Positions 1-13,800 of a stretch of 64,000 bases of DNA are shown piece after piece. Under the pieces are notes generated by a model. The model ran no database searches, was not told where the DNA came from, and was given only the letters and a program-made list of their open reading frames with translations. Position numbers and translations under genes: made by a program. Source of the stretch: Hydrolagus colliei (Eukaryota); assembly GCA_035084275.1 (NCBI GenBank), contig CM068744.1, forward strand, positions 16,120,001 through 16,184,000, written 5' to 3'. Positions within the stretch are counted from its first letter, which is position 1. Each line of letters begins with the position of its first letter.

Positions 1-834
1 ACTTCAGCAACATTAAAGATCTTGGCTGGACAATGAAGAGGAACTTGCTGTTCATCTGTTGAAAGGAATCTTGATTTCTCCAACATCATCCACCCTCTGC
101 CGCCTCATACAGTTGCTCAGTCTGTTCAAGGTTGGAGAGTGGGTGTCATTGGTTTGTTTATTCATTCGTGAAGACCATTGTGTCCCAGTCTGATCTGATC
201 CTATCAGTATCTCTATCTCTGGGAAAGGGTCAGTGGATATTGTTTGGAAGCTGAATTTTTCCCACCCTAATACAGGGAACCCGAGGTCAGATGCAGGGTC
301 CTTTCTACCACCCAAGTTGAGTCAGCACAGATCACAGACCGAAGCTGGGATCTTGCTTTGTGCAGCTCAGGAGAAAACCAGGCGACATATTTAGTCACTT
401 TGTTTATTTTCAACATATGGACGTGGAGAATAAGTGAAAAATTAAAAAGGCGGCTTCTGATTAGTCTGTAAATAGACCAAATATTGATAAATGACGTCCA
501 GTGCCTTGGGACATCTTGCTGACATGAAGGGCGCTCTATAAATGTAATTTTGTTGTTGTAGGATATTCAGTTTGAGAAGCTTTTCTGGGGTGAGACACCT
601 TTTATGCTGTGGTTGGCATAACGGATGCTTTTTCACTGTCATTGTGGGACATTCTTCGGAATATGTACATAAGCGAGGACCATGTGACCTATTATTTTCC
701 TATTATGTGACCATGTCAGGATCATGTCTCTTAAGTCATCCCCAAAGTATGTGTGTCATCTGCGCCAACCTACTTATGATCCAATCTCCCACTCCTTTTA
801 ATAGCACCAAAAGACACAATTTTGTATCAACAAA

Positions 835-1208
835 AAATCAACAACACAAGTTCAACCACAGCCTACATTTATATAATAGCGCCCCTCTCATGCTCCGAGA
901 CACTTATCCTGTGTGAACAACATTACATAAATGCAAGCTGTTGTTGATGGTGTCTCTGAGCACGATAGTGGTAGGGTTAGAGTCCAAGTGAAGGAGGAAG
1001 GAAAGGGGGAGGTGGTTGGGCTCAGGAGGTGGGCAGGGTAGGTGTTAAACAGTTATAGGGGGCTAAGGCTGAAGCTGGGAGTTCCATCCATGATGGGAGT
1101 AATGGCTGAAGGCAGGGTGATGGATGATGCAATGCACATCAGCGGTATGTTGGTAGGGAGGTGCTCGGGTGTGAAGGGATTTGTATGTGAGGGTGTGGAC
1201 CTTGAAAT
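835..1208 (-). mobile_element. Degraded L2 3' fragment
   Basis: (CAA)n tail, ttatataatagcgccc, and gggatttgtatgtgagggtgtggaccttgaaatt (FKV.TLTYKSL on -). Confidence 0.6.
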
Positions 1209-2525
1209 TGATCCTTCCGAATTCAAAGCCCTCGCCTCACTTCTTGAGGTTTAGAATGTAAACTGCGATTCTTGCAGTGAGCCCCATGTTTACTACTCCA
1301 ATCCCAGGTCTCATCAAGGTCTTGTGTACTTCTCCTTTAATTGAGAATATGCTGTATAACCTTTAATTCAAATCCGCACATGGGTTTCACAAAGCGGCTG
1401 CAGAATAGTGAAACAGTGAGATCTGTTGTTTACTATGCTGCTCCTCATTGTTGCATATCCTCTGGGTCTAAGATGCGTTGGTGCAGAAACTGGAAGCTCA
1501 ATAGGTTTGTTGTTTCTTTTGTGCAGATGCAGCAGATTTCCAATATATCAAATGCAAATGACAAAGATTATTAATATGCATTGGTATTATTCCACGGCTT
1601 TGAGATTCACTACTGAATCATACAGGAGATGTGGGTGTATGTTTGTGTGTGGGAGGGATGGGGGTAATACATGAAGTACCCCTCTCCTGCATACATTTTA
1701 GTGGTAGCAGACATAAAGTGACTGTCAGTTTGAAAAGAAATAAAGTGCTAAACTATTTCAGTGAGATTTGTTGCAAATCCAAACCCATTCCCACTCATTG
1801 TCTGCATTAGTTTCACTTGTGTCTTTTAGTGGTATTTAAATGAGTAGAAGATTGGATCCCAGAAAGGTTGCAAATTGCGTAAATGATATGCTTGCTTTGA
1901 AGATGTCAGTATCTGACGTAGGAAAATGATTAATAGTCAACGAACCGCAGTTTATAATAATTGGGCTTTCATGTCACGACTGTCTCTGGGACATTACTGT
2001 ACTCAAATTGACTACTGCGTTTACCTATAAATCAGTCACTACATCTTACAGTATTTTCTGTGAATTTCTTTGAGATATCCTCCGAATGTGAAAGGTGCTT
2101 GATTTGCGATGTCCTTGGTCATAAGTATCACATGGCCAAAAACTCAGTGAAATTGTGACCTTAATAATAAGTTTGGTAATGAACATTCCTTGGATTTTGG
2201 AAGAATATTTTTCCTGAGAATCACTTAAGGATTCAATGTTGACATCAAGTCTGTCTTTTTAAGTGAAGAGTGGGAGCTGCAGTTATTTCCGGCTGTGAAT
2301 GCAATGTTTCAGTTCTGCTTCGCAATATATTGGTTTAATTTTAGATGAAGTGGTGTTACAATGATGATCCCACTGCGAAGAATAATGACAGGCATTTTAT
2401 CTCATTTTTTATTTTAAAAGGACATGCTGTCAGTAGTGAATATACATTGGTTCTAACAGGTTTCTACTGCATTTTCTATCCAGGTAATAAATGTCACGAG
2501 AGATAATTATCACATCTTGCCACAA

Positions 2526-3740
2526 GCTCCTGTAGCTCAGTGGTTAGAACACTCACCTTACAAGCATGAGACCTGTGTTCGAATCCAGGCAGATCAGGGT
2601 GAAACATTGGGGAAGTTTCCTCATTCCACATGCCTAATAATCATCTGTCTAAAAAAAAAACCAATAATAAAAATTGGTCATTTCAATCCACGACTGTTTG
2701 TGGGACCCTGCTGTGCGCAATGGCTGCCACATTTCGCCCACAAATATACAGTCAATTCACTTTACAGTACAGGTAAGCCTTGATTTACAACGCTTCGATT
2801 TAGGACATTTCGATTGAAGGACCATCATTTTTTAATACCTTTTGATCGATATACGACACTTGGATTCATTTTAAGGACACAATTTTTTTGTGCATGCGCA
2901 GTACATATTTTGAATATCGCGGTTGCATTTTGCGCATCCTTTTTGTCCATACACATGGTCCATAATGTATTCGCAGATAAATCCAAGCATTTGAACTGGC
3001 CAATAGCATGTTGCCACATCATTGTTTACAAGCCGGCTGATTTTGAAGCGACACCATGCCAGTATTACAGTAATTTCTGAACATTCCCGAGCGATTTACA
3101 GCCTCTAACGCGCTTCTACCGAGTTGGGGAAGAGACAGCACTAAGTGAAATGAACAGCGGTAATATCGCTAGTGGCCAGAAACCCCACAAAGTCATCGCT
3201 TTAAATACCAAATTGAAGGTGATAAGCGCATTGATTCTGGTGAAAAAGGTACGGATGTCGGGAGGGCTTTAGGACTAGCGAGATAGACGGTGGCTACTAT
3301 AATACAGAATAAGGACAATATAAGTTCAAGATGTGTTACAGCTACAGGTGCAAGCAGATTAACAAAACATACGAATGATGTGATGGAAAACATGGAAAGA
3401 ATGCTGAGTGTCTGGATTGAAGATCAGAACCAGCATAATATACCATACAGTTACCTCAAGTACCCCTTCTTGCCTATGTGTGTTAATTTGTGTGTTATGT
3501 TGTGTGGTTTTGTGTGTTATTTAGTGGGTTTAAGGTCCAAACATTTTGTGAAAATAACGCATTTCTGGTTAAATAATGTGACTGCATAGGAAATCGCGTT
3601 TTAAGTTAGGATGTTTCGATATACACACAGTTTTTCAGGAACACAACCCCGTCGTAAATAGAGGTTTACTCTGTGAAGCACTTTGAGACATCAATAAGAT
3701 GTGAAAAGTGCTATGTCAAATGCAAGAATTATTATTATTA
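2526..3740 (+). mobile_element. tRNA-headed SINE split by a Tigger insertion (5' part 2526-2769, 3' part about 3671-3740)
   Basis: A box TAGCTCAGTGGTTAGAAC, B box GTTCGAATCC, body shared with other copies; tail ctgtgaagcactttgagac...aaatgcaagaattattattatta resumes after the insertion. Confidence 0.85.
2770..3673 (+). mobile_element. Internally deleted Tc1/mariner pogo-Tigger DNA transposon with degraded transposase N-terminus
   Basis: TA|CAGGTAAGCCTTGATTTACAACG left end versus CGTCGTAAATAGAGGTTTACTCTG right end (imperfect TIR). 3180-3445 encodes frameshifted psq/CENP-B HTH sequence (KVIALNTKLKVI..IDSGEKGTDVGRALGL..TVATIIQNKD...MENMERMLSVWIEDQNQHNIP). Confidence 0.85.
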
Positions 3741-5399
3741 CAGTACAGTATTAGATTTGTTTCCCTTCCCTATGATCTATTTGGGGTTTGGGGTTTTCAA
3801 GCTAGCATTCAGATTATTGCTGAGTACAAAGCAAGAGAGTATAGATATACCCAGTACAATACCAACAACTACTTGCATTTATATAGCACTGTTCACCTGG
3901 GTTAGTGTCTTAGAGCACTTTGTAGCAGCAAGTTTAGGAGGAACTTCTAAAAGGAGATTAGAAGGTACTTGTGTACACAGAGGTTGGTGAGAATGTACAG
4001 CTCACTTCTTGTGGTTGAAGAAAAAAAAGCATCAACATATTTAAGTGGAAATTGGATGCATACTTGTGGGAGAAGGGAATAGAAGAGTATGAGGGAGAGG
4101 GAATTTGGAGGATCATATGGAGTTTAAACACTGCTAAAGATTAGTTTAGCTGAATGGCCTGTTTCTGTGCTGTAATGTTCCATGTCACTTTATTTATTCC
4201 TCTGATCCAGATTTCTGTGTTACTGTTTCGCTGACCTGTGCATAGGGGAGGTCAGATTGCTAATTTTCAAAATTAAGATCCATAAATGGGGCTGGAAATG
4301 TTGGAGGATTGCACTAACTGAGAATGTGTCTGTGTTGTGCTATTACCATTAGTACTCAGTTAATCAATGAATAAACTCCCCTAGCCATTGAGAATCCATT
4401 AAGACCTTGTTAAAGGCTCTGTGAAGGAGTCATGCAGCATTTTGCAGCCGAGATGGCTCTTTGAAAGGGAATTATTGTTGTCAGGCCTAGCATCAATAAA
4501 CGTGATGACTGGGGTAAGAAATTTGAGGTATCCGCAGCTCAATAGCAGATATGAATAGTTGAGGGGAATTTTGCTGCCTGTGAGCAAGGGTGTTAAAAGC
4601 ATTATGAATGCTTTTAAATTGGGAATGTTTATGTGGTGGGTCTATTTATTTTGTGCTAGACATTCAAATATTCTAATTTCCTTGTTATAGAAGTATTCTG
4701 ATTTACGGTATTGTGGAGAGTATTGTAACAGGGTTGTTATTTAAGTCCTCGTGCTTGATGTGCAATATGATTGGCTTGATTTGAGAGCAGAATAAGGATA
4801 TTCTGGATTACTGTGGTGCATATTTATCTGATGACATGTCTTTAGAAACAATGACTACACAAATGTGGTTTAGTTTAATGTAGTTTAAACTCTCACTAGA
4901 GAATACATAGACTTTAAGTGGAGGTTTTTATACAATTGCTGCTGTGTGTGCCCGCCTCTGGAAATAGTTTCTCGACATTTTTAAACAAAAAGCAAAATCA
5001 GCTTTACAAAGTTGGCATTAAACAATTGCCTCAGGTATCCTACACTTCACAGCTGGATTCGTATATTTACTGTGATTTTCACTTACATGGATAGTTGAGG
5101 CATTTTCCCAACATGGAAACATGATTATTATAGATACTTCCTTAGTGGAACATCGTCAGTATTCATTATATCACATTTCACTGAACCAGCATTTTGGTAT
5201 ATCAGGCGCTCAGTAACATTACATCAGACAAGTTCATTAAATAGGTATGTGTCTGTTTCTAATGAAAAGAGGAATGTGAGTCTTCCAGTCTCTGAGGAAA
5301 ACATTTCCTGCTAACGTAGGGGGATCTCAAACCTAGTTTCAGCAGCTTCTTGTGTCTTGGGGGAATGTATGTATACTGGCAGCTTGATCTCTTGTTTAA

Positions 5400-5688
5400 A
5401 ATAATAATAATCCTTGTATTTGTTATAGTGCTTTTCACGTCTACTAGACGTCTCAAAACACTTCACAGAATATGCTGTAATGTGAATTGACTGTGCATTT
5501 GTGGGTGAAATGCGGCAGCCAACTGCAAACAGTTGTGGAATGAATTGACTAATTTTTTTTAGGGATTATCATCAGGCGTGTGGAATAAGGAAATTTGCCC
5601 AAAGTTTCACCCTGCCTGGAATTGAACCCAGGTCTCTCGCTTGTACGGCGAGCGCTCTAATCACTGAGCTGAGCTGCAGGACTCCATC
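5400..5688 (-). mobile_element. tRNA-headed SINE, near full length
   Basis: (AAT)n tail at 5400, shared body, tRNA-like head ...gagcgctctaatcactgagct...ggactcca. Confidence 0.85.
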
Positions 5689-8600
5689 ATACTAAAACAC
5701 CAGGAGGAAAACAAATCACTTTGCTGCATATAGTAACATAGTACCAGCCATTTCCCATACGTATTTTTATAGTGCCATATCACACCAAAACATGTCAAAG
5801 CACTTTACAGTAAATTTCTTGCAAACACGTTGACCGTTTTTGTAGGTAAATGCAACAGGCATTTTACACAGGGCAATGTCTCTTAAACTGCCATAAACAA
5901 CCAATTTAACCTGAAGGACTGTTGGCTCAGACACTCGGAGAAATGTTTTTCACTTTTCAATAGTGCCATGGGATATTTAGTATTGTGAGCAGCTCAACAG
6001 GACCTGAGTGTGTACTGTTTCACTCGAACAATGGCTAGCAAAACTACAGTTGTTTAATAGCTGTTACATCCAATGCTTTACGATCCAAATTATAATAAAT
6101 AATCTTTGCTTTTTTAATACCGGTAATTTCTTTAACATCAGGGGGATATCACAAAGCATTTTACAGGACTTTAATATAAGCATGTATGTGAGTATATTTT
6201 GTTGGCGAACACTGCAGACAATTTGCACATTCATTATTCCCTACTTTTATACCAATTCGATTCCAGTGTCAGTCTACGCTTTTATTCACCACATAAGGAA
6301 CATCTCTTCAGGGCAAATGTCTGAAGACTTTCAGCAGCTCTTGAACAGATCCCCTTTGTTTGTTACTTTTGATTGCTATAATGGAGGGAAAAAAAATAAA
6401 AGTGAAATCTAGTGTGTTTATATATCTTTTTACGTCCTGTAAATATAGGAAACAATATAGTGAGTGTAGCAACCTGTTCCCCCCCCCCCCCCCCCGAAAT
6501 GAAACATTTTAAAAGTGAGCCTTTTATTTATACACGACTGTAAATTTGTGATCCACATTTCACAAATCAGGAGCTTCTTAAAATCTGCAGCTTTTAAAAA
6601 AATATTCAGCTGCCTTGTTTTCTGATGCAATTGATTCACAGGGGCATGATACATTTTCACGTGTTTGAGATAGATTTGTAATTGTGGGGCTACTTCTCCA
6701 GATGAAACAGTGTCTCTTTGTGTTCAATTGTTCAATCTCTTTACCAAGTCTACAAGCATCAGAGAATAAACTAAAATGTCTTTCTTTTGATCAGTGACCT
6801 TTTAAAAATGATTAATTCTGTGATTTTATTTTTGTCTTTAAAAAAAAGGAAATGGGTGTCGTGACCAGCCACATTTCCTGCCAGTTTTCACAACCCCAAA
6901 GCGAACTTGTGACATTTTCTTTTCAGCAAATATTCTCATTTGTGTTTACAAAACAATAATAATGTATAAATCACATCAAGGGGTCAGTTATGAATAATAT
7001 CAAGATCAAAACTGTCAAGTCTTTTTATTTCCTTTCAGTGCCTTGGGACATCCTCCCGACCTGAAAGGCGCTTTAGAAATGCAACTTTGTTATTGTTGTT
7101 TCTTCCCCAAATAGGAAAACATGACGTAGAACGATACGGCATGGAAACATAAACATGCAATTCAGCCCAATTATTTTGTCCCAGGAAATGGTGGTCGAAC
7201 ACATTTTCTTCAGAAAGAAGTCCCACGTCATCTGACAGCAGTATCTGAATAAACCAAAAGAAACAATATAAAAGAAATTAATCTCCTGCCCACTCTACGG
7301 GGACGATTTGTTAGGATCCATTGAGATCTGTTGGGGTGATTTGCAAAAAGGGAGCATTAGATGGCAACATCAAGCACACTCGCTCTATAGACAGGTAAAA
7401 TCTACCCATCCACCCAATATCCTGAAGATTATCTCCAGAATATTGTCCAAACTCACATTTCTATTGTACATTTCACATTTCTCTTCCCCAGAAATTATCA
7501 CCAGCTCAAAGCACGGAATCATTTGTCCTGCTAACCCTACATTTTTTTGCGTTTCACATAAGGAGGACATCTCAAAGCATTTCATACGGTTGACCAACCT
7601 CAGTGGTGGTTATTATGGTGGGGGGTGGCATTTGAAAGTGTGATTGAGGAAACAACCTCTAGTACTGTTCTTATGTTGATTCTGCTTTGCGTCTTTTTGA
7701 AGGAATTGATAGTTGCAGCATCAACTGTTCCTTGCAAGTCTGTTACATGATTCTATGGGCAAAAAAAATGGTCAAATAGCCAATGGCTGAAATTCGGTTG
7801 GTTGGTCAGTACTAAATTAGCAACATTGGAGCATGACCATATGGGAGCAATGTCAAGACATTTTGCCAGCCACAGAAGTCTCCCCAGTAACCTCTGATTC
7901 TTTTACATTATAACCTATGCCTCTAGTTCTGCTTAAATAGACTAATTGACATCAGCAATCCCTCTTTTCATTGTGGCATAGATTATGTTCGTCCTCTAAC
8001 TTCTTATTTCTAAGAAGAACAAGTTGAGGTCAGTGATTTTTTTTTGCTTTGTTGTTCTTTTCTGAACCGTCTGCAATGCATCAGTGTCCTCTTGAAGGTA
8101 GTGTCCAAAAGGGCATCATCCAACAACAATTGCTTGTATTTATATAGCATCCTGCTCGCCGGGTGGTGTCTCAAAGTGCTTGAACTAAACCATCATGGGT
8201 GATTTGCACACAATTAAAATATCTTCTCTTGATTTTGAGTAAAATTCCTTTGGGATACAGTTGACAATATGATTAGTTTGTTGATAACAATGTCACAATC
8301 AAAATTCTTCTTTACAATTTCACAATCAAAATACAAATCTTTTTATCCTTCTCAGCCTCTGCAAGTAGCCTCTTTATTTTGTACACATGCTTACTACTTC
8401 TTGTTCAGTATGAGTCAAAATTAGGGCACTGGAAACTAAGATCACTCTTACAAAGAGCTGGTATGGGAACAGTAGGCTGAATTATTTCTTTCTACGCTGA
8501 AAAATTATACGACTCTACACAATATTTTAGATTTACGTACCTAATGGTTGTTATTTTGTTATTCATTTGCAAAAATAACTTTTCCATCAATAATCCATGT

Positions 8601-11600
8601 ACTTTTAGGAAATAAAACCAGGATGTCACACCCTTCCTGGTTCAATGTTTCTAGATTGTAATCACTCCCCTGTGTGTGACAATGTTGTACACCTCCTTGT
8701 ATGTTTCCTGTTAAACCTCTGCATTCCCTGATATACCCAGAAGTGTACGTGCACAAAGAGAGTTATGGAAAGAAGGGAGCTGCTGCTACAGACAGGTTGC
8801 AGAGAGCGCAAATTTCATTATTCTAAATGATGCACTCACTGTGTGGCAATATTTTCACGTCATGAGTTGAGCCACTGTGAACATTTGCTGGCTCAACACA
8901 TGATCGTGAACATATTGTCACACAGTTTCAGGGAATGGGTTTGCGACTGTGAGTATCTGCTGGATAAATTAGTGATCTCAGCCAAACCATCTGGTAAGAT
9001 GTCCAGAGTATTGGAGAGAATGCTGAGGAATTAATTGGAACTTGGGCCTTCTCCATTCACCTCGCACTGGCTGGCTGCAGAGTGACATTGGCAGAGGCGC
9101 CTGGGTTTCTTGCGCTGGAGAACTAAGCTGTAAGTGTTGGTGTGATTAACAAAATGATCCAAAATGACAAGGAAACAAGGCAGAATATTTATGCTGATTG
9201 TTTGGCACTGTGTAGGGAGGATGGTGGGGCAGTGCTGCTGGCTGTGTTTGTATTGCAGTCTCAGTCAAGGGATTATAAATAAAGGATTATCAATTTATTA
9301 TAAATAAGTTTATAAAGAGGTGCAGAAAATTTGACTAGTTTCATCCATAAATACGTGGTTATTTGTCACTGACCCGCTCTTTCTTTGACAACAGGGTGTA
9401 TTTCCATGCTGAAATCGTTTTACTGTTTGTTTGTAATGGGAAATCCCACAGGAATGAAAAGGTTGCTATTTTTAAGCAATCAGCCTTTGACAGACTTCAG
9501 GATCTCTCTTTTTCCATATTCTGTTTTGAAGGAGTGAGAATCTTGTCCATGTGACTTTGCCTGATTGTTGTTGGTGAATATTCCACCATTTGTCTGACAT
9601 ATGCTGAGATAACCGTAACCTCAATCACTGCTGCTTTTGTAAGACCACAACAGCTGTCAATGCCCCCTAGACACTGCAGAATCATCTCACATTGAATAAT
9701 TAACTACGTTAATTATATAACTATCTTACACACACGATCCCCAAAAATACAAAATCAAGTAAATGGCTTGAACTTGACATTAACTACACAAAAACATTGG
9801 TTATTAAACTACGGCAGACATTGACAGAGACAGCTCAGCACCAAATGAAGTCTGAACTCATTTGAGAAAAATGTTTTCCTCCCAATTTTTTCCTGTTCCC
9901 CTGAAGATATTGACCCGTGAAGGGCTATTGTTCCACAGCTATACTCCAGGATCCCACCCAGATCACAGGATTCATGATTAGGAGGATAAACCTTGGCTGA
10001 TCTTTTGTTCACCCTGTCCAAGGAGGCATTGAGGCAAATTGAACTGGCGGTTCACAGCTGTTCAGATGAGCTAATAATAATAATAACAATTGTCTAATGA
10101 GATATAGGGTGGAGGCATCTCAGAGGGCTTCACATGGTTTAGTGTGAAGTGTATGCAAAACCAACAGCCAATTTGTGCACAGCAACGTCCCACATACAGC
10201 CATGAAGTGCGTCACCAAGTTTATCTGGGGGATTGTTAGCCAGGACTCTCTTCTTGTTTAGAATAGTACCTTGGAGATTTTAATGTTCACTTGGACAGGG
10301 AGATTCATCAGATTCATCCGATAAGCAGTCAGTTAGCTCAGCAAAACTGGGGATTCAAATTGGGTGTTCCTGATCTCTATGACCCAATTTAACACTGGGA
10401 AATATAGCTTCACCAACCAGGGAAATCATGACTCCATTATAAAACATGAACTCTGCTCATTAACTATTACTGAGTGGTGGGAAATTCAAGTCTTTCATTC
10501 CCTGTTAACACTTATCAGATAAAGCTTTTGACTCATGCTCTTTGCTTGCAACCACGAGGGTGGTATCGTTTACACCTTCAGCATGTCAGCTTTGTTTAAA
10601 AAAAAGTTGCACCTCTTTAATTTAAAAAAAATGCTCTTATTATTGGATGAATAAGCTTTGCGTTATGACATATTGTAATCCAATAGCGCCTTGGGACGTC
10701 CTCCCGACATGAAATGCGCTCTATAAATGTAATTTTGTTGTTGTCGTTTTTACCTCAGCATTTGTTTAAATTGTGTTTCCACTAAATACAGGTAAGTTAC
10801 AATACAAACTCACATTGATATAGAGCTTTTCACGTTGGGAGGTCATCCCAAGGCATTTAATAGTCCTGGCTTGCTGAGCTATGAGTGGGAAAATATTTTC
10901 AAAGGAGTGATGGCTGTGTTGGGGGTGAAAGTTGCAACTTATTACCACTGAAGATAACAATTGCATTGTTGATGAATACAATCAATAATGCTAGTCAAAA
11001 ATATATCTTTCTACTGGTGTGACATCCAACCCCTCCCCCACCCCAACCACCCTCAACTCCATCAACCTTGGCCTATGGACTGGGATGCTGGCATATTTTT
11101 GATTCAACCGAGCTGGTATATTGTGAACCATCATTCACCAGCAAACAGTGAGCTGAAAGTGCATTGGAGGCTGTCCAACTATGATGCTTGAGTCAGGGTT
11201 GGTAACAAGGTGTTCTCTTGCTATCAGCCTTGTGGCAATTGTTTACTCTAGTGCTGTGAGGAGGCAGTGTGGGTGTGCACAGAGATCTGTACTGATTATG
11301 TGCAAATCTCAGGTGTCATGGAATGACAGGACACAAATGTGGTTCTGGCTTTTGAATGTGGAGTCAATGTGTGTAATCAGCCCTTGGCTTCAGAGGAAGG
11401 TGCAGAGTGGAGGTCCGACACCTGCTTAAAATGTGGCAAGCACAGGCACCTCCTAATGGCCATCCGTTGAGTGATGTTTACAGCAACGAAGACAGCATGT
11501 TTGCCTGCTTGTCTACCTACCCAACAACACACCAACAACAAAATTATAGTTATAGAGCACCTTTCATGTCGGGAGGACGTCCCAAGACACTACCCACCCA

Positions 11601-11861
11601 ACTGACTGGGGTATATGGCAGAGAGGAATCCACAATTCACTAGTTAAATTCTAGTATATTGGACTGCTGCATCGTCTGGCTCACTGGTAGCACTCTCACC
11701 TCCGAGGGAGAGAGTGCTACCCAAACCCAAAGTTTGGGTTCAAACCCAAACTTTGGACGTAAAATTGGTCATTCATTTCATGATTCTTTGCAGGACATTA
11801 CTGTGACCAACTGGATGCCAGCTTTCGGACACAAGTTACACAGTTAATCTACTTTAGAAAG

Positions 11862-12144
11862 GCCGGGCTTTCAGCCTCTCTGCCTCCATACTCTGGAACT
11901 CCATCCCACAATCTCTTTGCCTCGCTTCCTCCCTTTCCTCCTTTAAGGCCGGTCTCAAGACCTTCCTCTTCGACCGTGCCTTCTACTCCCCTCCTAACTC
12001 TCCCCCCTTTCCTACTCTCCTTCCCCCTGCCCCTACTCTTACCCTTCCCCCCCACCCACCGCTCGGGTCCCGACCTAACCGTTCAGTGCCTTGGGACTTC
12101 CTCCCGATGTGAAAGACGGTCTATAAATGTAATTTTGTTGTTGT
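11862..12144 (+). mobile_element. L2-clade LINE 3' end
   Basis: End of ORF2 (AFSLSASILWNSIPQSL..FKAGLKTFLFDRAF), 3' UTR, terminal gccttgggac..tcccgatgtgaaag..ctataaatgtaattttgttgttgt. Confidence 0.85.
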
Positions 12145-12490
12145 TCATGTTGGGAGGATGTCCCCAGGCGCTGAACAGTCAAGGGTCAGAACCCAAGCAT
12201 GAGGGGAGGTGGTGTGGGTGGGTGAAGGTACGGTCGAAAAGGAGGTTCTTGTGTTGGGCCTTGAAGAAGTCAAGGGAGGGAGCAAAGCAAAGGGATTGTG
12301 GGATGGAATTCCAAAGAGTGGGGGGAAGAGAGGCTGAAAGGATGGGTTGGGTGGAGGACATGGAGCATGGAGGCTAGAACCTGCTGAATGGAGGGAGCGG
12401 ACTGGTTGATAAGGAGTCAGCAGGTCAGAGAGGTAAGAGGGAGCAAGGTTATGGAGGGATTTGAAAGTGAGGATGAGGATCTTGAAGTAC
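12145..12490 (-). mobile_element. L2-clade LINE 3' end, tail-to-tail with the previous copy
   Basis: FKILILTFKSLHNLAPSYLSDLL...PTLWNSIPQSLCFAPSLDFFKAQHKNLLF, a typical L2 ORF2 C-terminus, frameshifted. Confidence 0.88.
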
Positions 12491-13489
12491 ACTTTGCAGT
12501 ATATCCTGTAAAGTGCTTTGAGATGTCTCAGCTACATGATCAAGCTCTATATCGAATACAAGGATTATTATCAGAAACGCAAAATTAACACCTCTTCTCT
12601 CCAGCTTTTATTTACTCTTTCTAGAGTAAAGCAATCCGCTTTTATTTCACATCATTAACATTTCTTTAACCCCTCATCTCCTGCCTTCTATCCCATTTTT
12701 TTTATTTCTTCCTTACCCTGACTCTCCCTCACTGTTACACCTTAAAAGCTTCTGCCTCACAACATGCCCCAGTTCTGATTGACTTTTCGTTGACTGACTT
12801 TTCATTTCTCTATAGATGCTGTTGAGTGTTCCTAGAGATTTCTGTTTTTGTTTGAAGGATTATTATTATTGAATAGGAAAAGCAATTTTAAAAAAAACAT
12901 TCTTTTTTAAAATCTAATAAAGAACAGAGCAGGATTTTGTTGCACAATTGGATCCTCCGGACATTAATGCTGAAATAGAAAGAGTAACCTAAATTGACAT
13001 ACTGAAATAACACCATCTGGAGAAGCACTTTACAATGGAAGCATTGATATTTGTCTCCTCAGTTGACTGTCAGGCCTCAGCTGGGCTCAGCAGGGGCATG
13101 TTTAGTGGATGTTTCCTCTTCTGGCTGAAAAATGTAGTGGAGTCCAGATCAGCTTAAATGCAGACATTCAGCTGTACACAGTGATTGCCAGGCCTGGTGA
13201 CCAGAGCTCTCACCACTGGAAGCCAAAGGCAAGTAATAAGCTGTAACCAGCATAAGTGAAACAAGTGGAAACTCTAATTTTTAGTGAAATACAATATTGG
13301 AAGATTCCAACTAAATATTGGAAACAATTATCTACCATGGGAATAGATAAGCCACACAAAGAGATGCCGAGCCTTGCAAAATTTTTCTATTTATTTGATT
13401 TTAGATTTGATGATAGCTGATATGATCCAAATTTCTGACAATTCCACTTACAGTCTAGCCTGACACTCTCATACAGAGCGGGGGGAAAG

Positions 13490-13800
13490 TACAGTACTGC
13501 ATTACCGAAGGTAATGTCTTTTAACAAGATGTAAATTGAGGTCCCATCTGCCTGCCAAGTGGACATGAAATATCCCATGGCACTAATTGAAAAGGAAAGG
13601 GAGTTTCTCCTCGTTTCCTAGGCAACAACGACCCAAATAAAATTGTCCATGGCTGTTTGTGGGACATTACAGTGTGCAAGTTGGCTGCCCCATGCACCCA
13701 TAAACCACATAGTCACTACACTTTACAATATATCCTATGAAGCACTATAAGACGTCATCTCAACGTGAAAGACACTATACTAAAATTGTAAGGATTGTTA
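13490..13800 (+). mobile_element. Older Deu-domain SINE (SacSINE1/AmnSINE1-like); other copies at about 5760-6010(-), 10075-10300(-), 21890-22960(-), 57935-58250(-)
   Basis: gtggacatgaaatatcccatggcactaattgaa...ggagtttctcc...ggctgtttgtgggacatt...gcaagttggctgcc resembles the recalled Deu-domain consensus. Confidence 0.65.

Noticed and set aside
2526-2600. tRNA-like sequence (A/B boxes, anticodon-like loop) here and at other SINE heads
   Set aside because: Always continues into the SINE body and tail, is variable between copies and lacks a proper acceptor stem; these are SINE heads, not tRNA genes.
6008-6412. 134-aa ORF
   Set aside because: Non-ATG start, overlaps degraded SINE sequence, no domain similarity.
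6479-6495. C17 homopolymer
   Set aside because: Simple repeat with no supporting context; length unreliable.
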